IMG/VR virus record: IMGVR_UViG_3300008113_006701
DNA: 20,000 nucleotides
Source of the DNA: an uncultured virus (IMG/VR IMGVR_UViG_3300008113_006701)
Taxonomy: Duplodnaviria > Heunggongvirae > Uroviricota > Caudoviricetes
Direction: 5' to 3' (one strand)
This document shows, piece by piece, positions 7,477 to 16,931 of the stretch. Positions within the stretch are counted from its first letter, which is position 1. Each line of letters starts with the position of its first letter. The position numbers and the translations under genes are program-made. Under the pieces are notes generated by a model. That model saw only the letters and a list, made by a program, of their open reading frames with translations. It searched no databases and had not been told where the DNA came from.

Positions 7477-8550
7477 TTATGGTATAACAGGTAAATCTAA
7501 AATATTCACATTTGGGAATTGTCTATCCACACCTGGCCATACGATTCTTACAGCCCCGCCGCTAGCAGCATTTGCACCTGCAATAGATGCACCTCCACCG
7601 CCCTTGCCATATACATCAAAAGTTGTAGGAACTACACCTTGACCAAATACACCAGATCCTGCTCCTTGCCGTCCTCTAAATCTTCTAGGCGGTGCGGGGT
7701 TGCCGGGTGACCCGTTAGGACCATTACCAGTATATTTACCTGCACTGCCACCACCCCCGCCACCAATAGTCAAATTATTTTGCACACCATTTGTCATTCC
7801 GCCTGCTGGATTTCCACCTGACCCAGCACTACCGCCAGATCCACCTCCGCTAAATGCTGTGCCTCCAGCAAGTCCAACAGTTGATGCAAAAGGTGCTTGT
7901 GCTGCAGTTGATGGTGTAGGGTTAATATAATTATATGATGCTTGAAACGGTTCAGAGCCCCCACCATAAGTACTACCGCCATATCCTGTACCTGCACCCT
8001 CGTGTCCTCCACCTGCACTTAGTATAGTAACGGGACCAAATCTAATAGAAGATGAGCCGCCGCCCTGGGTTAAGGTTGCGTTCGAAAAAGGACCATTGGG
8101 GGATGTAGTATTCCAATTTTTTCTTCCACTTACACCCGCAGTCCCGACTGTTATATTATATGTGTTTCCTGGAAGTACAGGATAATTATTCATATATGCA
8201 AGAGCACCTCCGCCCCCACCCGGCCAGCCGCCGCTTGGCCAATCCGATAATACTACAGCTGTACCTGGCCAAGGAGTTGCCGGAAAAGCAGATGACCATG
8301 CGGTTCCTCCTCCACCCCCACCTATTGCAACTGCCGAAATACTTGTAGTTGTAGGAGGGGCAGTCCAAGTACCTGGAGATGTAAATAAAGATTGCCCCTG
8401 CGCTACCGGAGCAGGGGTTGGTGGCGGCGGCGAAGGCGAAGGCGGCGGCGAAGGGCTCGGAGCCGGCGCAGGTTCAGGTGGCGCATTAGGGGGAGGCGGT
8501 ATTATTCGTATACCTTGCTCTAAAATCAAATCATTAATTTTTACTGACAT
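7477..8550 (-). CDS. Glycine-rich virion/adhesin-like protein with Pro-rich linker (paralogue 1)
   Basis: FTSPGTWTAP, GGALAYMNNYPVLPG, C-terminal GAVRIVWPG; N-terminal Pro/Ser linker. Confidence 0.7.
   Translation of the reverse strand: MSVKINDLILEQGIRIIPPPPNAPPEPAPAPSPSPPPSPSPPPPTPAPVAQGQSLFTSPGTWTAPPTTTSISAVAIGGGGGGTAWSSAFPATPWPGTAVVLSDWPSGGWPGGGGGALAYMNNYPVLPGNTYNITVGTAGVSGRKNWNTTSPNGPFSNATLTQGGGSSSIRFGPVTILSAGGGHEGAGTGYGGSTYGGGSEPFQASYNYINPTPSTAAQAPFASTVGLAGGTAFSGGGSGGSAGSGGNPAGGMTNGVQNNLTIGGGGGGSAGKYTGNGPNGSPGNPAPPRRFRGRQGAGSGVFGQGVVPTTFDVYGKGGGGASIAGANAASGGAVRIVWPGVDRQFPNVNILDLPVIP
8423..8458. repeat. Imperfect 18-bp tandem repeat encoding the (SPSPPP)2 linker
   Basis: ggcggcggcgaaggcgaa / ggcggcggcgaagggctc, a GC-rich patch in an AT-rich genome. 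Confidence 0.6.
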
Positions 8551-8554
8551 ATTA

Positions 8555-9097
8555 TTAAATTACTATAGGAAGCCACAACCAAACAGCTTGGCTCATTAAA
8601 AACATAGCAACGGCACCTACGCCAATGCTGGCCCAGTACAATCTCATATTAACAGCTAAAATACTAGCAGTTAATAGTACAATTGCAATTTGAAATAAAG
8701 ACCCTGCGTATGTATACCAGGGTGATCTTGCTTTAGCGACACTTCGATCTTCTTCAAGTTTACGAGCTTTAGCCATTAGATCTTTCTTACCTTCTTTAGG
8801 TTCATTTTCATATCGATCTATTTTGGCTTGTAGTGCTTCTACCTTTTTAGTATCCTTTACACGAGCAGCATCATCTAATGCCATTTCAGCTAGTGTTTGT
8901 TTGATAGATTTTGCTTGGTAAAAAGCCCATGTATTATTTGCATCTATGGTATTATTTAAAACCTTACTAGAATTGCTACCACCCATAAGAGTATTAATGG
9001 CCAGCAAAGCAGCCAGTACGGTAATAAGCCATCCTGCTTTGTCTTTGATTTGTGCTTCTCTTTCGCTTCTTGATAATTGTTTGGGTGCGTCAGCCAT
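8555..9097 (-). CDS. DUF4337-like membrane protein
   Basis: N-terminal TM, WAFYQAKSIKQTL motif, coiled coil, two C-terminal TMs; SD AAGGAG. Confidence 0.7.
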   Translation of the reverse strand: MADAPKQLSRSEREAQIKDKAGWLITVLAALLAINTLMGGSNSSKVLNNTIDANNTWAFYQAKSIKQTLAEMALDDAARVKDTKKVEALQAKIDRYENEPKEGKKDLMAKARKLEEDRSVAKARSPWYTYAGSLFQIAIVLLTASILAVNMRLYWASIGVGAVAMFLMSQAVWLWLPIVI

Positions 9098-9115
9098 AGA
9101 TTTCTCCTTATTCTA

Positions 9116-9144
9116 TTGATTTACTACATGATATATAATATAAT
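9116..9144 (+). promoter_or_regulatory. Sigma70-type promoter for gp43
   Basis: TTGATT-N17-TATAAT. Confidence 0.6.
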
Positions 9145-9151
9145 GCTATAT

Positions 9152-9159
9152 TATTTATG
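9152..9159 (-). promoter_or_regulatory. Putative late promoter (CATAAATA) for the minus-strand island
   Basis: NATAAATA on the minus strand about 55 nt upstream of the DUF4337-like start. Confidence 0.5.
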
Positions 9160-9176
9160 TCCCAAAGGTTTTCACA

Positions 9177-11434
9177 ATGAAATTTTATACTAGCGTAAAT
9201 CAGTATGGTAACAATATTCTAGTACGGGGTGTGAACAACGGCAAAAAAGTACAAGATCGAGTCAACTTTAAACCCTCACTTTTCTTCAAATCTAAAAAAG
9301 AATCCGGTTATAAATCTCTTTTTGGTGATAATCTAGAGGAATTGAAATTTGAAAGTATCAGCGAAGCTCGAGATTATGTCTCCAGATATAAAGAAGTTGA
9401 GAACTTTCCGATCTTTGGAAACACCAATTATACCTATCAGTATATCACAAAAACATTCCCCGATAATATAGAGTTTGATATAACTCAAATTAAGATATGG
9501 TCTTTGGATATTGAAACATCTGCAGATTTAGGATTCCCCGATGTTGCAAATCCAAACGAAAAAGTATTGATTATCACCATGCAAGATTATGGAACAAAGG
9601 AATTAGTTTCCTTTGGATTAAATCCGTTTAAAGTAACATCTGACAGACACACTTATATTGAGTGTAAAGATGAAGTAACACTACTAAGAAAGTTCTTAGA
9701 ATATATTTCCGAAGATCATCCTCATATTATTACAGGATGGAATGTGGAGTTCTTTGATATTCCATATCTATGTAATCGTATTACTAAAGTTCTTGGCGAA
9801 GATGAACTTAAAAAGATGTCGCCCTGGAAAGTAGTTAACGAGAAACGTATTTTCAAATTAAAGAAAGAGAACATTTCTTTTGAGGTGTTGGGTATTGCAA
9901 TTCTAGATTATTTAGATCTCTACAAAAAATTTACATATTCAAATCAAGAATCTTATAAATTAGATCACATTGCCAAAGTAGAATTGGGTAAAGAGAAATT
10001 AAACTATGATGAGTTTGATTCATTCTCCGCATTCTGGAAAGGTAATTGGCAAAAATTTGTAGACTATAACATTCGAGACGTAGAACTTGTCGACGAACTT
10101 GAAGAGAAGATGAAATTAATTGAACTTATTCTTACAATGGCNNNNNNNNNNNNNNNNNNNNNNNNNNNNNNAAAGATTTAACTGTAAACAAACTTGTTTC
10201 TAAAAGCGTCAATCTTGATGACTTGAAGGATGAAGATTATTGTATGACGGCAAATGGATATTGTTTCACAAGAAAGAAACAAGGCATCTTTCCTGAGATT
10301 GTTCAGAAGCTATTCAATGATCGTAAACAGTATAAGAATCTGATGCTTGAGGCACAGACACAATACGAAGAAACAAAAGATAAGAAATGGCAGAAAGAAA
10401 TATCTAAGTACAATAATTTTCAGATGGCTCGAAAGATTCAAATGAATTCTTTATTTGGTGCAATGGCAAATGAATATTTTAGATTCTATGATGACCGTAT
10501 TGCTGAGGGTATTACTTTAACAGGCCAATTCATTATTCAATATATTGGTAAATGTTTAAATGAGTATTTGAACAAGGTATGCGGGACAAAAGATTATGTT
10601 TATTCTTTTTATTCCGACACTGATGCCTGTTATATTACATTAGATCCGTTGGTTAAAAAATTCTATAAAGATTTATCTGGAGATAAAGTAGTAGGTATAT
10701 TGGATAAAATTTGTAAAGATAAAATTGAAGAATTCCTAATGCAATGTAGTAATGAAATTGCAGATTACAGTAATGCGTTTGAGAACAAAGTTTATTTCAA
10801 ACGAGAGGTTATTGCAGATAGAGGTATTTGGGTTGCAAAGAAACGATATGCTTTGAATGTATATAATAACGAAGGTGTTCAATATGCTGAACCAAAGCTA
10901 AAGGTGATGGGATTAGAAATTGTCAGATCATCTACACCTGAACCTATTAGAGATGGTTTGCGAAAAGCGGTTAAAATGGCACTAACAGATACCGAAGAAA
11001 ACCTGCAAGAATATATTCGTAATTTTGAAGAACAGTATCGTAAATTACCCCCGGAAGATATATCTTTTCCTAGAGGCGTTAACGGGTTAAATAAATATAC
11101 TGACAGAGCAAATATATATAAACAGGCGACCCCGATGCATGTCAGGGGAGCACTTCTTTATAATTTCTATCTTGAAAAAATGGGATTAGATAAAAGATAT
11201 GAAAAGATTAAAGAAGGTGATAAAATTAAATTTATATATTTAAAAGAGCCCAATACTATTGGTGAGAACTGTATAGCATTTAATACTGTTATACCGCCCG
11301 AATTAGATTTGAAAAAATTTGCAGACTACGAAACAATGTTTGATAAATCTTTTCTAGAACCCATGAATACAATATTGAACGGTATTGGTTGGTCGGCAAA
11401 GCCGCAAGCAACCTTAGAAGGATTATTCGGATGA
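9177..11434 (+). CDS. 43: Family B DNA polymerase (gp43), spanning a scaffold gap
   Basis: Exo motifs LDIET, GWNVEFFDIPY, ESYKLDHIA, YNIRDV; pol motifs KIQMNSLFGA, YSDTD, KKRYALN. The 3' frame is open from 10172. Motif A (DxxSLYP) is absent and would fall in the gap. Confidence 0.96.
10142..10171. other. Assembly gap (30 N)
   Basis: Run of Ns. The true gap is probably several hundred nt, judging from the missing polymerase motif A region. Confidence 0.98.
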
Positions 11435-12198
11435 AAAAATTATTACTAGCAATATTACTATTACCTTTAGCTTTACTCGCTAATCCTATAGATGATAATT
11501 GCCCTCAATTCGTATTACATGGTGCACCTGTAAGTAAAATAACAAACAGTCAATATTTGTGCAAGACAAATTATGCAATACATTATAGATATGATACAAA
11601 GACTGCAGAATATGTTGTAGAACATCTTACTGTAGAAGCGATCAAAGGACCTGCAAAAAGAAAAGATGATTTTCGACCAGACCCAGCAATTGCAAAAGAA
11701 CATCAATCACAATTAGCTGACTATGCGGGTAAGCCATATGACCGAGGACATTTGTCACCCGGTGCAAACAATACTCAGAATGAAATTATTATGAGTGAGT
11801 CATTCTTTTTGTCCAACATGGTTCCTCAAGTACCAAATCATAATAGAGGTATTTGGAAACAGTTAGAAACGTATGTTCGTAATTGGGCAATTGAAGGTAA
11901 AGACATATATGTTATAACCGGCACAATTTATGATACAGACAAGTCATTAACTATTGGACAAAATAAAGTAGGTGTACCTGCAAGCTTATGGAAAGTAATT
12001 GTTGATAAAAATACATCCAAGGGAATTGGATTTATTCTACCTAACAAACCTTTGCCTGTAGCAGACCTTTCCAAATATGCTACATCTATTGATGAAGTAG
12101 AGAAAGCAACAGGACTAGATTTCCATCCTGCTTCAAAAGAATTTGAAGAAATGGAATCAGCCAAACCTAACCTATCAGAATGGTCTGGTTTAAAATAA
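11431..12198 (+). CDS. DNA/RNA non-specific endonuclease (Serratia NucA/EndoG family) with signal peptide
   Basis: YDRGHLSP active-site motif, ESFFLSNMVPQ, NRGIWKQLE; N-terminus MKKLLLAILLLPLALLA; ATGA overlap with the gp43 stop. Confidence 0.92.
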   Translation: MKKLLLAILLLPLALLANPIDDNCPQFVLHGAPVSKITNSQYLCKTNYAIHYRYDTKTAEYVVEHLTVEAIKGPAKRKDDFRPDPAIAKEHQSQLADYAGKPYDRGHLSPGANNTQNEIIMSESFFLSNMVPQVPNHNRGIWKQLETYVRNWAIEGKDIYVITGTIYDTDKSLTIGQNKVGVPASLWKVIVDKNTSKGIGFILPNKPLPVADLSKYATSIDEVEKATGLDFHPASKEFEEMESAKPNLSEWSGLK

Positions 12199-12200
12199 TA

Positions 12201-12229
12201 TAGACAAACTACACAATACATATTATAAT
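12201..12229 (+). promoter_or_regulatory. Sigma70-type promoter for uvsX
   Basis: TAGACA-N17-TATAAT followed by SD AAGGAG. Confidence 0.65.
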
Positions 12230-12253
12230 ATACAATATACTTAAGGAGTTATT

Positions 12254-13312
12254 ATGTCGTTACTTGACAAATTGAAAAAGAATTCTACAATCAAAGAAAC
12301 AGAAGTTCTAAACAAATCTAAATTCTTTAACAAAAAGGATATGATTCAAACTTCAGTTCCAATGGTTAATGTTGCCCTATCGGGTAGTTTAGAAGGTGGG
12401 TTGACCCCAGGGTTAACAGTATTCGCAGGCCCTTCTAAACATTTTAAGACTGCGTTTTCCCTTTTACTTGCTAAATCTTATCTGGACAAATATGAAGATG
12501 CTATTGTTTTATTTTATGACTCTGAGTTTGGTAGCCCTCAATCTTATTTTGATTCCTTTGGGATTGATACCGCCAGAGTATTACACACACCTATCACCGA
12601 TATAGAACAACTAAAATTTGACGTTATGTCTCAGATCAATAATATTGAACGAGGCGATCATGTTATTATTGTAGTTGACTCTGTAGGTAACCTTGCTTCT
12701 AAGAAAGAAGTTGATGATGCGCTTGAAGGTAAGTCTGTTGCAGACATGACCAGAGCAAAGCAAATGAAATCTTTGTTTAGAATGATTACACCTCATTTGA
12801 CAATCAAAGATATCCCTGCAGTTGTTGTCAACCATACATATTCTGAAATTGGATTGTATCCTAAACAGATTGTTTCTGGCGGTACAGGTATTTACTATTC
12901 TGCAGATAATATTTTTATTATTGGTCGCCAACAAGAAAAAGATGGCTCAGATGTTGTAGGCTATAACTTTATTATCAATGTAGAAAAATCTAGATTCGTA
13001 AGAGAAAAATCTAAGATTCCGGTTGAAGTATTGTTTGATGGAGGCATCAGCAAATGGTCTGGTCTTTTAGATGTAGCAATGGAAGGTGGTTTCGTATTTA
13101 AACCATCGAATGGTTGGTATTCTAAAAAGGGCGAAGAGCAAAAATATAGACAAAAGGATACCTACACTAAAGAGTTTTGGATGCCGATATTGACAGACAA
13201 AGCCTTTAGAGATTATATTGAGTCTAGATATAAAATGTCTACAGGCGATCTAATGATGGCCTCGGACGATGTTTCAATAGAAGAGGAGTTCGAAAATGCA
13301 AGTGAAGTATGA
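12254..13312 (+). CDS. uvsX: RecA-like recombinase UvsX
   Basis: AGPSKHFKT Walker A, FYDSEFG, DSVGNLASKKE, DMTRAK, GGTGIYYSAD. Confidence 0.97.
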   Translation: MSLLDKLKKNSTIKETEVLNKSKFFNKKDMIQTSVPMVNVALSGSLEGGLTPGLTVFAGPSKHFKTAFSLLLAKSYLDKYEDAIVLFYDSEFGSPQSYFDSFGIDTARVLHTPITDIEQLKFDVMSQINNIERGDHVIIVVDSVGNLASKKEVDDALEGKSVADMTRAKQMKSLFRMITPHLTIKDIPAVVVNHTYSEIGLYPKQIVSGGTGIYYSADNIFIIGRQQEKDGSDVVGYNFIINVEKSRFVREKSKIPVEVLFDGGISKWSGLLDVAMEGGFVFKPSNGWYSKKGEEQKYRQKDTYTKEFWMPILTDKAFRDYIESRYKMSTGDLMMASDDVSIEEEFENASEV

Positions 13313-13598
13313 ACCATGGAAAATGGTTAAAGAAGATATTGAAATCTGGGGTGTAAAAATTCTAGATGGAGAATTTGAAGGTACTGCTTTAAGTATCAAT
13401 GAACTTGAAACAGGTGAAAATGATGATGGTCTAGTATTAGACTATACGATAGTAAAATATCCTGAGGGTAAAGAAAAAGACAAAGACTTTGGCCCAGAGT
13501 TTGATAAGGTTCTCAATTTTATTATAGAAGATATTTTAAAGAAGGCAATGGATGAGTACGAAAATCGAAACCGTAATTCTGCAGAATCTAGCGAATGA
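13296..13598 (+). CDS. Acidic 100-aa protein, positional equivalent of gp40
   Basis: Lies between uvsX and gp41 and overlaps both, as T4 gene 40 does; SD GAGGAG. Sequence identity to gp40 not established. Confidence 0.5.
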   Translation: MQVKYEPWKMVKEDIEIWGVKILDGEFEGTALSINELETGENDDGLVLDYTIVKYPEGKEKDKDFGPEFDKVLNFIIEDILKKAMDEYENRNRNSAESSE

Positions 13599-14897
13599 CG
13601 ATGAGTACATGAGAAAAGTAGTCCCGTTTTTAAAGCGGGATTATTTTTTAGAGAATAATGATAAAATTGTTTATGATAAGATTACTAATTTCATAGATCA
13701 ATATAATGCAATCCCTAGTAAGGATGCCTTGATTATTGCTATTCAAAATGATAAAAGTTTAAATGAAGAACAGTATAAAGAAGTTGCTGAATATGTACAA
13801 CAATTAGATAGCACAGATCATAATAAAGAATGGTTGTATAAAGAGACAGAAAAATTCTGTAAAGACAAGGCAATTTATAATGCAATCCTTTCATCTATTG
13901 CAATCATTGATGGAAGAGACAAAGCAAGGACCGAGGACGGCATCCCACAATTACTACAAGAAGCACTAGGTGTTTGTTTCGACAATAATGTTGGACATGA
14001 TTATATTGAAAGTGCAGATAAACGATATGAATTTTATCACCGAGTAGAATCTCGTATACCCTTTGATCTAGATTATTTTAATAAGATTACTAACGGCGGT
14101 ATGCCTAACAAGACTTTGAATGTTTGTTTGGCAGGTACAGGTGTTGGTAAGTCTTTGTTCATGTGTCATGTGGCTGCATCTGTTTTATCGCAGGGCAAAA
14201 ATGTTCTGTATATAACTTTGGAAATGGCTGAAGAAAGAATTGCGGAACGTATTGACGCAAATCTTATGAACATTACTATGGATCAGTTAAAGGACTTGCC
14301 TAAGTCTTTATTTGATAGTCGTATTGAAAAAATTAGAAACAAGACTGAAGGCACTCTAATCATTAAAGAGTATCCTACTGCTGGAGCACACTCTGGACAC
14401 TTTAAATCTTTGTTGAATGAATTGCAACTAAAGAAACAGTTTAGACCAGATTTGATTGTTATTGACTATTTGAATATTTGTGCCTCATCTAGATTCTTGA
14501 AGAGAATGTTCCTATTCTAAGTGCCACACAGACAACTCGAGGTGGGTATGGAAACACGGATGTTGAATTGACTGATACTTCAGAATCTTTTGGTTTGCCT
14601 GCGACTGTTGACTTTATGTTTGCTTTGATATCCACAGAAGAAATGGAAAATCTAAATCAGCTAATGGTAAAGCAGTTGAAGAACAGGTACAATGATCCGA
14701 CAATAAATAAAAGGTTCGTCATCGGTGTAGATAGAGCAAAGATGAAGTTGTACGACCTTGAGCAATCAGCACAAAAAGGTTTGACTGATTCTAATATTAG
14801 ACATGATGCTCCTAAGAAATCTGGCGCAGATCCTGCATTCGATGGTATTTTTAGTAATCTTTCTCAAAAGAGAGATTTTTCAAAGATAAGAGTTTAA
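13552..14897 (+). CDS. 41: Replicative helicase (gp41, DnaB-like), frameshifted at ~14497 by an apparent deletion
   Basis: AGTGVGKS, YITLEMAEERIAERIDAN, IKEYPT, IDYLNICASSR. Continues in another frame as EENVPILSATQTTRGG...TDTSESFGLPATVD...KQLKNRY. Confidence 0.95.
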
Positions 14898-15124
14898 TGC
14901 TAAAATTAAGCAAAACGAGATTATCTGATACATCTTTAAAAGTTGGTACAGATTCGCAATTGGTTTATATCGATTCTGTTATACCTTTAGATATCAAAGA
15001 ATTGAAATTGAACCAGGGACTTAAATCGGAACAAACATTTGAAGGACTAGCTTTGATTGGTTCTAAAAGAGATCATTCAAATATAGATCTTACCAAAACA
15101 TTATTTGATGAGTTATATGAATAA
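14897..15124 (+). CDS. Hypothetical protein (75 aa)
   Basis: TAATG overlap with the gp41 stop. Confidence 0.55.
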   Translation: MLKLSKTRLSDTSLKVGTDSQLVYIDSVIPLDIKELKLNQGLKSEQTFEGLALIGSKRDHSNIDLTKTLFDELYE

Positions 15125-15130
15125 TAAATA
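15123..15130 (+). promoter_or_regulatory. Putative late promoter (AATAAATA)
   Basis: Located just ahead of SD GGAG of the next gene. Confidence 0.45.
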
Positions 15131-15150
15131 ACAAACACCGGAGACACAAA

Positions 15151-15666
15151 ATGCTTGTATCAGTTTTGGGCGCCAAGGATAGAAATTTAACTAAGCTATT
15201 AAAGTTGGCAGCTCGATCATTTGCTGATAAACTTTTGTCTCCGCAGTTAATAAAAAACATCTCAATCAAAGTTGTTATAAAAAATAAAATGCAAGCAGGT
15301 GGATACTGCGACTTTAAAGAAGAAGGGTTGCCCCTGCCTAGAAGTTTCGTTATAGAAATTTGTAGGACCAAAAAGAAAATACATATGTTCTTAGTTCTCG
15401 CACACGAAATGGTTCATTTGAAACAAATGGCTATTGGGGAAATGAAGGACAGATATATTAAAACAAGATACGTAACCGTTTGGAGGGGAGACAAATACGA
15501 AGACGATGTTTCCTATTGGGATCAACCATGGGAGATAGAAGCATACGGTTTGGAAAATAGCTTAGTTGCTAAATTCCTAATAGAGCATAACCAATTTAAA
15601 AATCTGAGACAAAAACAACAGGATTGGTTTGTATATGATGAACCAGAAAATGAATTGACTGATTGA
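15151..15666 (+). CDS. Zinc metallopeptidase-like protein (HExxH...E)
   Basis: LAHEMVHLKQ and YWDQPWEIEAY motifs. Confidence 0.8.
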   Translation: MLVSVLGAKDRNLTKLLKLAARSFADKLLSPQLIKNISIKVVIKNKMQAGGYCDFKEEGLPLPRSFVIEICRTKKKIHMFLVLAHEMVHLKQMAIGEMKDRYIKTRYVTVWRGDKYEDDVSYWDQPWEIEAYGLENSLVAKFLIEHNQFKNLRQKQQDWFVYDEPENELTD

Positions 15667-15709
15667 CAGGAGTACATCATGCGATTCTAATTAATTATAA
15701 GGAGAAGTA

Positions 15710-15892
15710 ATGGAACAATTAACCTTTACATTTTATGATATCGTACAAATAGTTTTAATGTTGACTGCGTGCTATGCGTGTAAAGCATATGGGTATCAAA
15801 AGGGAATATCAGATACTGTGGGATTTTTCGAAGACAAAGGTATCATAGAATTAACAGATGATGACGATATCGTCAAAAAAACCAAAGAGTAA
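15710..15892 (+). CDS. Small membrane protein (60 aa)
   Basis: SD AAGGAG; one hydrophobic segment. Confidence 0.7.
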   Translation: MEQLTFTFYDIVQIVLMLTACYACKAYGYQKGISDTVGFFEDKGIIELTDDDDIVKKTKE

Positions 15893-15911
15893 TAATAAAA
15901 TATTACCGTTC

Positions 15912-15943
15912 AAATACCCTAGCAAGGACTAGGGTATTTTTTT
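15912..15943 (+). terminator. Rho-independent terminator
   Basis: AAATACCCTAG-CAAGGA-CTAGGGTATTT followed by a T run. Confidence 0.85.
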
Positions 15944-15950
15944 GAATTGC

Positions 15951-15979
15951 TTGACTTCTTGTCCGAAAGCACATATAAT
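15951..15979 (+). promoter_or_regulatory. Sigma70-type promoter
   Basis: (TGC)TTGACT-N17-TATAAT. Confidence 0.8.
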
Positions 15980-15996
15980 AATGGAACATTGAGGAA

Positions 15997-16371
15997 ATGT
16001 ATATGAACTTTTCAATAGGTGCTTCAGTAGAACTTACTACAAAATGGAAGTCCAATATTTTGGGCAAGGATCACGACATCAATACCTTTAAGGGTAAAGT
16101 CGTACCTAATCCGAAATGGCTGGACAAAGATTATGTATCGGTTCGAACTGGGAATCCATTGTATCCCATATCGCATATCCACAAGAAGTTTATTGTAGGC
16201 CACACCTTCTCTGAGAATAGAAGCACTGAGCGTATCTTCCAAGTCAAATCAAAAGCGTCAGGCAAGATTTACACCGTGATTTCTGCCGACGGAAATGTGA
16301 CTTGTGATTGCGTTGGTTTCCAATTCCGCAGAATGTGCAAACATACAGCCAAAGTTAAGGCGATGTTGTGA
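15997..16371 (+). CDS. SWIM zinc-finger protein
   Basis: C-terminal CDCVGFQFRRMCKH (CxC...CxH); SD GAGG; the start may be 16003. Confidence 0.8.
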   Translation: MYMNFSIGASVELTTKWKSNILGKDHDINTFKGKVVPNPKWLDKDYVSVRTGNPLYPISHIHKKFIVGHTFSENRSTERIFQVKSKASGKIYTVISADGNVTCDCVGFQFRRMCKHTAKVKAML

Positions 16372-16395
16372 AAGAACAACATCTAAACTTAATGC

Positions 16396-16424
16396 TTGAC
16401 AGGTATGGACAAAGGCTATATAAT
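16396..16424 (+). promoter_or_regulatory. Sigma70-type promoter
   Basis: (TGC)TTGACA-N17-TATAAT, perfect consensus. Confidence 0.85.
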
Positions 16425-16487
16425 AGAGTTTGAGAGCATTAGTTCTCGGTGAATTGAAATTTATATCATTTTTTAAAGGAAAGACAA

Positions 16488-16895
16488 ATGTCTAATTTTA
16501 CAGTTGCAGGTGTTTCTACTCAGCATGGTATCACTAAAGTTCGTTTCGCGAATGATATCGTTTCTCGTACTAAGATCTTGGCCAAGGGCGGACATAGTCC
16601 TCTCGAACTCATTGAGTTGCCCAGGGCAATGACCAAGGCAGAAGCTTGTCAGCATCTTCTAGATACTGGTGGTGTTTTTGCACAATGGTCTAGTCTTATT
16701 GTTGAGACCATGGACAAGAAAGAAAGCAATGCTGTTGCGCCGAAAGCTAAAGCAGTTAAAGCGCCTAAAGCTAAAGTAGCACCTGTTAAGGCATCCAAGC
16801 CTGCAGTTACAAGCAAACCGAAAGTTAATAAGCCTAAGGTTGAAGAAGATCTCGAAGTGACTGAGATCAAAGAAATTGCAGAAGCTTTGATGTAA
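16488..16895 (+). CDS. Hypothetical protein with Lys/Ala/Pro-rich histone-H1-like tail
   Basis: APKAKAVKAPKAKVAPVKASKPAVTSKPKVNKPK; SD AAGGA; has its own promoter. Confidence 0.75.
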   Translation: MSNFTVAGVSTQHGITKVRFANDIVSRTKILAKGGHSPLELIELPRAMTKAEACQHLLDTGGVFAQWSSLIVETMDKKESNAVAPKAKAVKAPKAKVAPVKASKPAVTSKPKVNKPKVEEDLEVTEIKEIAEALM

Positions 16896-16900
16896 TATAT

Positions 16901-16918
16901 GGGGGCTTGCCCCCTTTA
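16901..16918 (+). terminator. Short hairpin, possible weak terminator
   Basis: GGGGG-CTTG-CCCCC followed by TTTA. Confidence 0.4.
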
Positions 16919-16931
16919 CATAAGGATTCGT

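Noticed and set aside
6093..8368. Plus-strand and alternate-frame ORFs over the Gly-rich genes
   Set aside because: Shadow ORFs caused by GC-rich Gly/Pro codons; no RBS or recognisable motifs.
6431..8550. Diversity-generating retroelement target/template pair
   Set aside because: The paralogues share only short protein motifs. There is no near-identical repeat with adenine-specific differences and no reverse transcriptase in the window.
9177..11434. Naturally split DNA polymerase (gp43A/gp43B), or an intron/intein
   Set aside because: The break coincides with a 30-N scaffold gap and the missing part includes essential motif A, so it is an assembly gap.
14491..14520. Programmed ribosomal frameshift in gp41
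   Set aside because: There is no slippery heptamer, and a conserved segment is absent in all frames.
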